Virus record (IMG/VR): IMGVR_UViG_3300031867_000009
Coordinates: 32,001-96,000 of that record
Direction: 5' to 3' (one strand)
DNA: 64,000 bases
Source: a virus
Taxonomy: Duplodnaviria; Caudoviricetes
Shown: piece after piece, positions 18,810-28,398 of the stretch
Numbering within the stretch: position 1 is the stretch's first letter
Layout: each line of letters opens with the position of its first letter
Notes under the pieces: model-generated
The model's database searches: none
The model's input: only the letters and a program-made list of their open reading frames with translations
What the model was told of the DNA's origin: nothing
Made by a program: the position numbers and the translations under genes

Positions 18810-19199
18810 ATTTTGCTGTCGTTGCCAATCCTGGTCATTTTTCCAACGGCTGGCCGCGCGAAAACGTGGGTTGAATAAGTCAGCTGAGGTGTGTAAATTA
18901 TCAAGCTCCCAATATGGAATTATATATAGTGGGATATTGTGAGCAAGACAATAGCTTATTTTACGCCTATCTCTTTCTTTTGCTGCTTCGAATTCTGCGC
19001 GAGTGCTATGGAACTTCTTTACGTGTTGATAATGTTGTTCTCCGTTATACTCTAAAACACATGGAATGGCTCGGCTGCCTACGACGTAAAAATCAAAACG
19101 ATAAAGCCCATGTTTTAAATCTTTAAAACGCTTTTCTCTTTCAAATTTATATCTACCTTTTTGTAGTAGCTCTATAACTTTTTCTTCACCTTTACTCAT
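18792..19199 (-). CDS. stand-alone Vsr/PD-(D/E)xK-like endonuclease domain
   Basis: MSKGE, RFDF, LEYNGEQHY, IPLYIIPYW; same domain as C-termini of 215 and 13384 ORFs. Confidence 0.7.
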   Translation of the reverse strand: MSKGEEKVIELLQKGRYKFEREKRFKDLKHGLYRFDFYVVGSRAIPCVLEYNGEQHYQHVKKFHSTRAEFEAAKERDRRKISYCLAHNIPLYIIPYWELDNLHTSADLFNPRFRAASRWKNDQDWQRQQNLTKRR

Positions 19200-19293
19200 A
19201 TCTCTTCTCCTTCTCTAAAAAGTAGAGTTTGCCACATTAATCTCCACTTATCCATGAAAGAAAATGTCCTATAAGGATATTTAGGAGGGGAAA

Positions 19294-19743
19294 ATGAATC
19301 TGTTTGAAATCAATCATCTTGCTCAAGGCGGAGTAGTAGGATTATTGGTTGTCCTTATAGGGATGATTAAGATACCGAAGCTAGAGCTAAATATATGGAA
19401 TTTAATTGGCCGAACAATTGGCCGTTCTATTAACGGAGAAGTATTAGCACAAGTTAAACGACTTACAGTTGAAGTTGATATTTTAAAGAAAGAAGAAGAG
19501 CTTGAGCGTGCGCGTCAGGCTAGACAACGTATACTTCGATTTAATGATGAGATTTTATTTAATAAGCGTCATTCAAAAGAACATTTTGATGAAATTCTTG
19601 ATGATATAGATACTTATGAGGATTATTGTGAAGCACATGAAGATTATGAGAATAATAAGGCTGTATTAGCAATCTCTACAATTAGAGAAGTATATAAGGA
19701 ATGTTTGAGAGACCACGATTTTTTAATTTACGAAAAGAAGTAG
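19294..19743 (+). CDS. membrane protein (holin-like/unknown)
   Basis: N-terminal TM helix then charged helical domain; GGAGG SD. Confidence 0.55.
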   Translation: MNLFEINHLAQGGVVGLLVVLIGMIKIPKLELNIWNLIGRTIGRSINGEVLAQVKRLTVEVDILKKEEELERARQARQRILRFNDEILFNKRHSKEHFDEILDDIDTYEDYCEAHEDYENNKAVLAISTIREVYKECLRDHDFLIYEKK

Positions 19744-19776
19744 GTTGAAAATAATTTAGAGGAGTGAAAAGGAGTT

Positions 19777-21198
19777 ATGGCAGTAAGGGCTTATTATGGA
19801 ACTTGCAAGACTGCAGAAGATGTATCAGAGAAACAAGTTTATGTTCCTGATATGGATTTAGCGGAAGAGAATTTTAATTTTATAGAAGGGGATTTATTAA
19901 TTGTATTTTTTGCTCAAACTAATACAGTATCAGAGCCTTCTATTGTAATATATAATCAAGATCCAGAACAAGAATTAAGTACAACTAGCGATTCTGGTAA
20001 ACTTATAAAAAGTTTAGATGTTGTTGCAAATATGGAAAATGCATGGGCCGCCGGTGAGACGGTCATTTTTGCGTACACCCAAGAAAGTACAACAGATACT
20101 TATTATTGGGAATTAGTTGATGCAAATCATGCTTCTAAAGATACTTATGGAAATACAAAATTATTTGATGAAAACAATTTAGAGACTTTACTTACTGAAG
20201 CAGAAGATGATGCTGAAAATTCAGAAATAGCTTTAACCCCTAATGCCTTAAAAAGATTTTTTAATTTATTAAATGGTATAGAAAGCAGTCAAAAAGAAGA
20301 TGAAGGCGACGAAGGTGGCGGCGAAGGCGGCGAAGGTGAGGGTGATGAAAGTGAAGACCCAGTACTTCGTGTCATTGGATTAAATTGGACTCCTGCTATT
20401 GAAGAGGATACACAAGACTTAGGTACACTTTCTTTAACTGGTGATAGTACAAATGGAATTCAAATTACTTATCCATTCGATTCACGAGTTCAATCTCTTA
20501 TTCAAAAAAGTATTCCATTTGTACCACAATTTACAGGTCAACTTATAAATAATGGTAATGGTAAAGACGGGGAAACCGCCGCACTTCCTGAGGAAGGTGC
20601 AGAACCTTTTATTACTAGAATGATTCCGAATGATTTATATTTTAATGATGCTAATGGATTATATTATGGTACACCAGACAATAGAAATAATATGATTAAT
20701 GTTAATAATGGTACTCTTACTGTAGGTAATAATGCATTAACTGGTGGAATAGTATTAAACAAAGCAACAACAATTAGTGGAAATCTTCAAACTAATGGCA
20801 CTTTAACTACTACTGGAGCTATTAGTGCCGGTTCTGGTCAAATTTCTACCACAGGAATAATCAAAGGTAGTACTTTATATGAAAATAATTATCCACTAAA
20901 TCAAATTTATAGTAAAGTTTTATATCGAGCATATAAAACAAGTGATAATTTAACTATTGGTAAAAGTACGTATCAATTAGGAGATATTTATGTAAATGAT
21001 GTACCAAATTACACACCTATTGGTATACTTGGATATAATGTTACTAATTGGGATTCTGGTGGTCGAAATGCCTCATATTGTATTCCTTATGCTATGGCAT
21101 TTTATACTGACCATATAAGATATAATATTCGTAATATACATACATCAGAGTCGGCCAAGGTTAAAATAACTTGTTTAATTTTATATATACATAACTAA
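19777..21198 (+). CDS. putative virion structural/tail-associated protein
   Basis: acidic N-half, G/T-rich beta repeats, located before Dit. Confidence 0.55.
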   Translation: MAVRAYYGTCKTAEDVSEKQVYVPDMDLAEENFNFIEGDLLIVFFAQTNTVSEPSIVIYNQDPEQELSTTSDSGKLIKSLDVVANMENAWAAGETVIFAYTQESTTDTYYWELVDANHASKDTYGNTKLFDENNLETLLTEAEDDAENSEIALTPNALKRFFNLLNGIESSQKEDEGDEGGGEGGEGEGDESEDPVLRVIGLNWTPAIEEDTQDLGTLSLTGDSTNGIQITYPFDSRVQSLIQKSIPFVPQFTGQLINNGNGKDGETAALPEEGAEPFITRMIPNDLYFNDANGLYYGTPDNRNNMINVNNGTLTVGNNALTGGIVLNKATTISGNLQTNGTLTTTGAISAGSGQISTTGIIKGSTLYENNYPLNQIYSKVLYRAYKTSDNLTIGKSTYQLGDIYVNDVPNYTPIGILGYNVTNWDSGGRNASYCIPYAMAFYTDHIRYNIRNIHTSESAKVKITCLILYIHN

Positions 21199-21213
21199 TA
21201 GGAGACAAAGGAG

Positions 21214-22305
21214 ATGAAAGGTGATTTCTTAGGTTTTAGTTTTGATGGAATACATAGTTCTGAGTTAGGAATTATACACGTATCCTCAAGCGACCGTTAT
21301 GATGAGGAACTCTTTCCAGAGGTAAAGGATAAAACAATTGAAATACCAAATAATCATGGGGAATATTATTATGGAAGTACGTATGGTACTCGTACTTTTG
21401 AAATAGAATTTGCTTATGATTCAGTTACAGAAATACAATTTAGAAAAATAAGGCATTTATTTGGAACAAATAAAATTTGTGAACTAATTTTTGATGAGAG
21501 ACCTTATAAGGTTTATTATGCAAAAATTGAAAGTCCAATTACAATGTCTTATGTTTGTTTTGATGAAGAAGAATGGATTTGGGACTCTGAAAATCACAAT
21601 AATTATATTCCAGATAGTATAGACCATAAAAGTTATACAGGGAATAAAAGACGTATATATAAAGGAGAAGGTACAGTTAATTTAATTTGTTATCAACCTT
21701 TTGCTCATCAACTTTTTAAAATTAAAGAATTATACGAGCGCGCGGGCGCGAATCAAGGTAATTTAATCACTACATATGCAAATACAGATGAATGGATTGA
21801 GTCTAGTGGTATTTTGACACAAGAAGAATGGAATGAATACCATATTGACCAAGTAGTTAATGCTGGTGATCCATATACATATGCAATACCAGTTTATAAT
21901 CCAGGTGATTTAAATGTTGGTTTTTGTTTATATATACCTTTTGTCAATGGAGAAATTTTGCCAAAAGATGGAAAATCTGATATAATTATAAATGGAGATA
22001 CAGAACTTTTAGTGTTAAAACCAATTCAGAAAAAAGGTAATGATGCGGGAATAGTAATTAATACTAGAACACATTTAATTGAAGGCGTATCTTTTTCACA
22101 AATAGCAAATATTAATGATTATCGTAAACCAGCTTGGACAGCGACTGGTAATTTATATAATGAATATATAAAATTAGGTGATTTTCCTTATATTAAACGA
22201 AATGATTGGAAATTAGACGCATCTAATAATAGACCGCAAGCTATATATATTAGTTGTGCAGAAGTTGAAGGTATAAGAATTTATTATGATTACTTATACT
22301 TTTAG
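21214..22305 (+). CDS. distal tail protein (Dit)-like
   Basis: FSFDGIHSSELGI, GEYYYGSTY.TRTFEI, LIFDERPYKVY; precedes Tal-like gene. Confidence 0.7.
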   Translation: MKGDFLGFSFDGIHSSELGIIHVSSSDRYDEELFPEVKDKTIEIPNNHGEYYYGSTYGTRTFEIEFAYDSVTEIQFRKIRHLFGTNKICELIFDERPYKVYYAKIESPITMSYVCFDEEEWIWDSENHNNYIPDSIDHKSYTGNKRRIYKGEGTVNLICYQPFAHQLFKIKELYERAGANQGNLITTYANTDEWIESSGILTQEEWNEYHIDQVVNAGDPYTYAIPVYNPGDLNVGFCLYIPFVNGEILPKDGKSDIIINGDTELLVLKPIQKKGNDAGIVINTRTHLIEGVSFSQIANINDYRKPAWTATGNLYNEYIKLGDFPYIKRNDWKLDASNNRPQAIYISCAEVEGIRIYYDYLYF

Positions 22306-22316
22306 GGGGTTAAAAA

Positions 22317-25300
22317 ATGGGCGTAATAAAAAAGAAACCATATGAAATATCGGTTTGGGAAGATCGCCTTGTAACAGAAAACGATATAAGTTATTATAAA
22401 GAAATTAAATTAGCAGTTATCGGTTCTGACAAAATGGAATCTCCTAATCGAGTTTTTGATCCGGTATTAATAGAGAATGTTAATGGAGAAAAAACATTAA
22501 CATTCTCTTTAGCATATAAATATTATGATGAATATGAAGGAGAATTAGTTACAAATTCATTTTATAAATATTTAATTAATGAAAGAAAAGTTAAACTTTT
22601 CTATAATGACGAATGGAACGAATTTGTAATTAAGGAATGTGAAGAAAGTTCAGAAGAAAATATTTTTAAATATACTGCAAAAGAACTTTTTTCACTTGAA
22701 TTAGCTAAGCTTGGATATAATGTAACTTTAGATACAGAATTAAATAATAATCAAGGTACAATTATTGAGTTAGCTAAAAAGGTTTTAAAAGATACTGACT
22801 GGGAAGTAGATGAAGATAATTCTGATTTATTAACTCAATATGTACAAGAACCATTATATAAGATTGAAATACAATTATCTGAAGGTCAAGATACGTTAGA
22901 GGTTCTTAATTTAGATACTAATAAGCTTATAGATATAAATAATGGCGAAATTATTTATATATTTTATAGTTTTATTAATAATAAAGAAACTGCTAATGTT
23001 CAATTTATTAGAGAGGCTGACAGGGCAAAATTTTTTATTGACGATGATAATGTTATTAAAAGTACAAATTATCGTTTCACTCAACCTGTACAATATATAA
23101 CTGATTCAGAAAGTGGAGAAGTTATTAGAATTGAAGACATAGGAGAGGTTGATTCTTTATATTTAAGCAATCAAGGCTATCGGTTAGTTTATAAAATTTT
23201 AACAACATATGACCCAATTATGAATCGTACGGTTGAAATTTATAATATGCCGTATGAAGATGGGATACAAGAAATATATCATTTTTTAGATTATAATTAT
23301 ACTACTTCAGATATAGTTGTATCATATGTAACTAATGGCTCAAATTTTGAACTTTTTGAAGATGGTGATATACAAGGATGGTATAATACTACACCAACAT
23401 CTACAGAAAGTGATATTCCAATATTACAACCTATAAGTACTACTACTTATCCAGAATTAGCTGCAACTGCAGATTTACAATTACTTGATGAGTTATCTGA
23501 AATTAATGGATATATAGAATTAAAATTTAATAATGCATTAACTGAAAATTATGAGAATACTTATTTTAATGAAGGATTTGAACATAGCGCATCAATTATA
23601 GACCATATTAGTTCTGGGGAAAAATTTATATTAAGAACTCGTTATTATACTGCTAATTCTAAGCATGGAGACTTAATTGAAGGTAATCCAACGGGTAATA
23701 ATGGTGGTTTAAGAGTAATAGTTGCTCAATATGAAACTGTTGAACAAGATTGTTATTTAAATGAAGATGCACAAGAAAAATCACAATCTTCAAAAGTTAA
23801 AGTATATAAAATTTTACCAAATGAAATTGTTTTAGATTTTGATGGCGATTTTATATATAATCCAAATCTTATTACTAATGGTGTATTTGAAAGTAATGAT
23901 AGAAAACAATATATTGTAGATAATGTAGTTCAGGCACCATCTACAGCTTATATATATAAAACAGCTGGTGATGACACAGAATATATATGGAATTGTAAAA
24001 ATAAACAATATGTAAATAAAACTGAAAAAGGTGCAGAGTTAAAATTTGCAGATTATTATTATACGATTGCTACTGCTAAAGGTTCATTTACTAATGAACA
24101 AATGCAAGACCCGAAATTAAAGTTAGGAGTTTTTGTATATACTAAAGACTCAGATATTATCGGCAAATATACATATTTACAAGATATACAGTTAACTCGT
24201 TATTATGAGGATGGCAATAAAAATCCAGTCACTATAGGCAATGCACCGACCGCGATAAGTCAAGATGCTCATCATTATTATTTAAAACCAACCACTCAAG
24301 TTAGTGACAAAGAAATTAATACTTTTGGTACTTTAGAAGCGTTGGCCGATGAGCTCGGTGCGGATGTAAATACAATCACACCAGTTTTTAATGAAAGCTC
24401 ACAAAAAGTTTTATCAATACAAGCTAATCAATCAAATTATTTTAATATATTGCAAGATTTATGTGAGAAATTTGAATGTTGGTTAGATATTAGAGTTTCT
24501 CATGAGGAAGATGGCTCTATTAGTCTTGATAAAAATTTTAATCCTATTAAAAAAGTTGCTTTTAAAGAATATGCTGGTAAAGATAATTTTGCTGGTTTTA
24601 AAAATGGTATAAATTTAACTGGTATTACTCGTAATATAGATAGTAATGAAATTGTTACTAAATTAATTGTTGAACCAGTGCAAAGTGAATATTCTGATAC
24701 AGGTTCAATTGAAATACAAAGAGCTAAATCAAATTCTAGTGGTCAATCTTATATTTTAAATTTTTCTTATTATTTAAACAGAGGATTGATTACTGAAACG
24801 AGAGAAGAATTTAATGATGCATTATATCAATATAATTCACAATTTAGTAAATTAAATAAAGACATTATTGAAAAACAAGATGAATTAGTTCAGCTTTCTA
24901 AATCATTAACAAAAATTTCAGCTGAACGCAATAGTTATACAGCATTACTCGATGAAGCTCATCGTAGTTACAATAAAGCAATTGAAGATTTTTATAAATT
25001 AACTAACTGGGAGTATGAAACTTTTGTTACAAATTATCAAAATCTTGAGAATTGGGCAATAAAGGAACCAGATCAAGCAAAAAATTATTTAAAAAATGAT
25101 ACAGTATTAGATGTAGTAGGACAAATTTATACTGCTACTGTAACAATAAATAATTATACTGGTATTTTAAATAATTTAAATAAAGAATATCAAGAGTTAG
25201 ATTTAAAATATAATGGTGCAAAGGAATATGGAATTTCTGTTACTTATATTCCAAGTAATGAAATAGATATTAATCCATCTACTAAAGTAGTTATTGATGA

Positions 25301-28300
25301 TTATATTTCTGGATTGCAATTTCAATTATTAGATACCAATCTTTCACCGGTAGTATATCATACTACGCCTAATGAGCGTATTTTTAATATATCTAATGCA
25401 AATCCTTATCAATATATAGGTTTTATAAATATACCAGAGCATTATCGTTTAAAATATTTTAATAAAGATAAGTCTTATATTTTAGATAGAGAAAATGCGG
25501 GACGCAGTTTTAAAATCTATGATGATATAACTGGTGAAACATATAATAGACGATTTGTTTTAGTTCCAGATGAAGATTATGCAATACAATATAAAGGTAT
25601 ACAAAAAGAATTAGAAGAATTAACTAAACAAAAAGAACAGTTAGAAAAAGAGTTTTATAAAAAATATAGTCGTTTTTTACAAGAAGGTACTTGGAGTTCA
25701 CAAGATTATATTGATAATGAATTATATTATTTTGATGCACTACAAGTAAGTGATACTTCAGCGCAACCTAAAGTTAGTTATACAATTAATGTATTGGAAG
25801 TAAGCCAGATTGATGGTTTAAAAAGCTATGACTTTAGAGTTGGTGATAAAACATATATTGAAGATACTGATTTCTTTGGTTATTTATATCAATCAACTGA
25901 TGTCCGCGAACCAATTGAAAAAGATGAGGATTCATCAAATCGCGCGCCAGTAGATGAAGATTCGATATATGATAATGATATACCTGTAATAATAACTACA
26001 CGAACCCCTGTTCGTGAAGAAGTAATTGTTTCTGAAATTGAGTGGCATTTTGATGAGCCTGATAATAATACAATTACTATTCAAAATTATAAAACTCGTT
26101 TTGAAGATTTGTTCCAACGCATAAGTGCGACAGTTCAGACAGTACAACGTAATGAGATTACATATCCAAAAACTAGCTCTATATTAGACCAAAGTGGTTT
26201 AATTAATAGTAATTTACTTGCTGATTCACTTAATGGAATTGGTGGAGTTGGATTCGCGCTTACTACGAATGGTAGTGTTCAAGCTACTCAAGATGGATTA
26301 TTAATTAGAGATTTATTAAATCCATCTAATGTAATGAGATTAGCTAGTAGTGGTCTTCAAGTATCTACCGATGGCGGCGCGAATTGGGGAACTGCGATTA
26401 GTGCAGAAGGTATTTCTACTGATATATTAACCGCGGGAACTATTAATACTCAACGTATTTGGTTAATGGATGGAGACAATCCAAGTTTTCGTTGGGATAA
26501 AGCCGGACTTAACGCCTATGGATTAGATGAGAATGGAAATGATTCTTATGATTTAAAAACTTATGTAAGATTTGATAAATATGGTCTATATGGTATTAAA
26601 AATGATGAAGAATATGTAGCTAGTTCTTTAGAAGATGTAAGAAATAAAGCTTTCTTTGGAATTACTTGGGACGGATTTTTTATAAAAAATTCTTATACTG
26701 ATGGTGAAGTAAGTATTACATCTGATGATGATTTTGTTGTAAAACAAAATGAACAAACTCGAATTAAAATAGGTGCAGTTGAAAAAAATGCTGCGGGTGA
26801 ACCTACTAAATATGGTATTAATATTATCAATGATAATGGTGAAATTGTATTTGATACTGGTGATGATGGTAATGTAACCGTTAGTGGTACTATAAATGCA
26901 TTAGCTGGTAATTTTACTGGTCAAGTTAATGTAGGTGATCCTGATGATACTCATATTATAATTGACGGTAGAGTAGATAATCCAATTATTCAGTCATCGA
27001 ATTATTCTGATGGTGCTGGTACTGGTTGGATAATTGATAGCCGTGGAGATGCCACTTTTTCAAACGTATCAGTGCGCGGAGCTATTAAAACTGCTGTATT
27101 TGAATATGAAGAAATTCAAGCGGTTGGCGGCGCATTTTTATTCAGACCTTCAAGTACTATTAAATCTGCTAAATATGTTCCTTTAGAAGAAACAATTGAA
27201 GAAATTGATGATGAAGGAAATACTCATATTATTGATTTCTATTATTATGATGATATAACAGGTGAAAAGGTATATAATGATTTAATAGTTACTGTTGAAA
27301 AACCACTTATGTTTAGAAAAGGTAATTGGGTTAAAATTAGTAATTATAATTCATTAGGTGTTGACCCTGCTGATGATTTAACAACTTATGGACTTGTTCA
27401 TATTTATGAAATAAGTGAAATTATTCAACCAGTAGAGCCAGAAAGTGGAGATGATGACCATGATGAAGGCGAACCTGAAAATGATATTATAGATTCTAAC
27501 AATAATATTGAAGAAAATGAAGCATTTGCAGATGAAGAAGTAGATGAAGAAGAAGAAAATAGTTACGGAATTGTTTTAAAAGGTGGTACAGCCATACTTG
27601 AACAAACTAGTTTAGAAAACGTCGCAGGTGGCGCGCTTATTGATTTTGGTAAAGCCAATGATGATGAGCATTATGATAATGGTGCGCATAATTATGGAAT
27701 TGGAGTTAATAGTTCTGATAATTATGTTAATTTACCGGCGCGTGCGATAAGTCTATTTGAAACTACAATTCATCCAAATGATACAACAAAAGTTACTTAT
27801 AATTATCGAGGTATTTTAGGTACTTTACCAAGATTGCCAGCTACTGATGTTGATAATGATATATATAATCGTTATATGGCTGGTACACAAGGTATATATA
27901 CAGATAATATGTATCTTGGAGATGATGAACAATTTTTAAGCTTCTATACTGATACAAGTGACCCATTAAACCCAAAAAAGAAGCTTAAGATTAAAGCTAA
28001 TCAAGTTGTGTTTGAAGTAGTGGACCCTGACACTCATGAACCTACCGGTCAATGGCATGATGTAAATGACATAGAAGCGGAAGGAGTGCCTGGACCGCAG
28101 GGGCCAGCAGGACAGGATGCTATTACAGTTGAAATTGATTCTACGGCTGGTGTATTATTTGTAAATGATATTATTACATCTACATTAATTTGTACCGTTA
28201 AAAAAGGTGGTGTAGATATAACAAATGACCCAAATTATAATATATATTATACTTGGAAAAAACGTTTAAGTGATGGTTCTGGATATGACCCAGATTGGGG

Positions 28301-28397
28301 ACGTCCTTTAGAACATGGAAATAGAATTAATATTACTTCACAAGATATAGCAAATAAAGGTATTTTTGAATGTGAAGTTATAATACAGGAGGTTTAA
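22317..28397 (+). CDS. large tail tip/baseplate hub (Tal-like) protein
   Basis: 2026 aa; NGEKTLTF N-terminus, GINLTGITRNIDSNEIVTKL, coiled coil, beta-helix-like C-region, short collagen motif. Confidence 0.75.
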   Translation: MGVIKKKPYEISVWEDRLVTENDISYYKEIKLAVIGSDKMESPNRVFDPVLIENVNGEKTLTFSLAYKYYDEYEGELVTNSFYKYLINERKVKLFYNDEWNEFVIKECEESSEENIFKYTAKELFSLELAKLGYNVTLDTELNNNQGTIIELAKKVLKDTDWEVDEDNSDLLTQYVQEPLYKIEIQLSEGQDTLEVLNLDTNKLIDINNGEIIYIFYSFINNKETANVQFIREADRAKFFIDDDNVIKSTNYRFTQPVQYITDSESGEVIRIEDIGEVDSLYLSNQGYRLVYKILTTYDPIMNRTVEIYNMPYEDGIQEIYHFLDYNYTTSDIVVSYVTNGSNFELFEDGDIQGWYNTTPTSTESDIPILQPISTTTYPELAATADLQLLDELSEINGYIELKFNNALTENYENTYFNEGFEHSASIIDHISSGEKFILRTRYYTANSKHGDLIEGNPTGNNGGLRVIVAQYETVEQDCYLNEDAQEKSQSSKVKVYKILPNEIVLDFDGDFIYNPNLITNGVFESNDRKQYIVDNVVQAPSTAYIYKTAGDDTEYIWNCKNKQYVNKTEKGAELKFADYYYTIATAKGSFTNEQMQDPKLKLGVFVYTKDSDIIGKYTYLQDIQLTRYYEDGNKNPVTIGNAPTAISQDAHHYYLKPTTQVSDKEINTFGTLEALADELGADVNTITPVFNESSQKVLSIQANQSNYFNILQDLCEKFECWLDIRVSHEEDGSISLDKNFNPIKKVAFKEYAGKDNFAGFKNGINLTGITRNIDSNEIVTKLIVEPVQSEYSDTGSIEIQRAKSNSSGQSYILNFSYYLNRGLITETREEFNDALYQYNSQFSKLNKDIIEKQDELVQLSKSLTKISAERNSYTALLDEAHRSYNKAIEDFYKLTNWEYETFVTNYQNLENWAIKEPDQAKNYLKNDTVLDVVGQIYTATVTINNYTGILNNLNKEYQELDLKYNGAKEYGISVTYIPSNEIDINPSTKVVIDDYISGLQFQLLDTNLSPVVYHTTPNERIFNISNANPYQYIGFINIPEHYRLKYFNKDKSYILDRENAGRSFKIYDDITGETYNRRFVLVPDEDYAIQYKGIQKELEELTKQKEQLEKEFYKKYSRFLQEGTWSSQDYIDNELYYFDALQVSDTSAQPKVSYTINVLEVSQIDGLKSYDFRVGDKTYIEDTDFFGYLYQSTDVREPIEKDEDSSNRAPVDEDSIYDNDIPVIITTRTPVREEVIVSEIEWHFDEPDNNTITIQNYKTRFEDLFQRISATVQTVQRNEITYPKTSSILDQSGLINSNLLADSLNGIGGVGFALTTNGSVQATQDGLLIRDLLNPSNVMRLASSGLQVSTDGGANWGTAISAEGISTDILTAGTINTQRIWLMDGDNPSFRWDKAGLNAYGLDENGNDSYDLKTYVRFDKYGLYGIKNDEEYVASSLEDVRNKAFFGITWDGFFIKNSYTDGEVSITSDDDFVVKQNEQTRIKIGAVEKNAAGEPTKYGINIINDNGEIVFDTGDDGNVTVSGTINALAGNFTGQVNVGDPDDTHIIIDGRVDNPIIQSSNYSDGAGTGWIIDSRGDATFSNVSVRGAIKTAVFEYEEIQAVGGAFLFRPSSTIKSAKYVPLEETIEEIDDEGNTHIIDFYYYDDITGEKVYNDLIVTVEKPLMFRKGNWVKISNYNSLGVDPADDLTTYGLVHIYEISEIIQPVEPESGDDDHDEGEPENDIIDSNNNIEENEAFADEEVDEEEENSYGIVLKGGTAILEQTSLENVAGGALIDFGKANDDEHYDNGAHNYGIGVNSSDNYVNLPARAISLFETTIHPNDTTKVTYNYRGILGTLPRLPATDVDNDIYNRYMAGTQGIYTDNMYLGDDEQFLSFYTDTSDPLNPKKKLKIKANQVVFEVVDPDTHEPTGQWHDVNDIEAEGVPGPQGPAGQDAITVEIDSTAGVLFVNDIITSTLICTVKKGGVDITNDPNYNIYYTWKKRLSDGSGYDPDWGRPLEHGNRINITSQDIANKGIFECEVIIQEV

Positions 28398-28398
28398 G

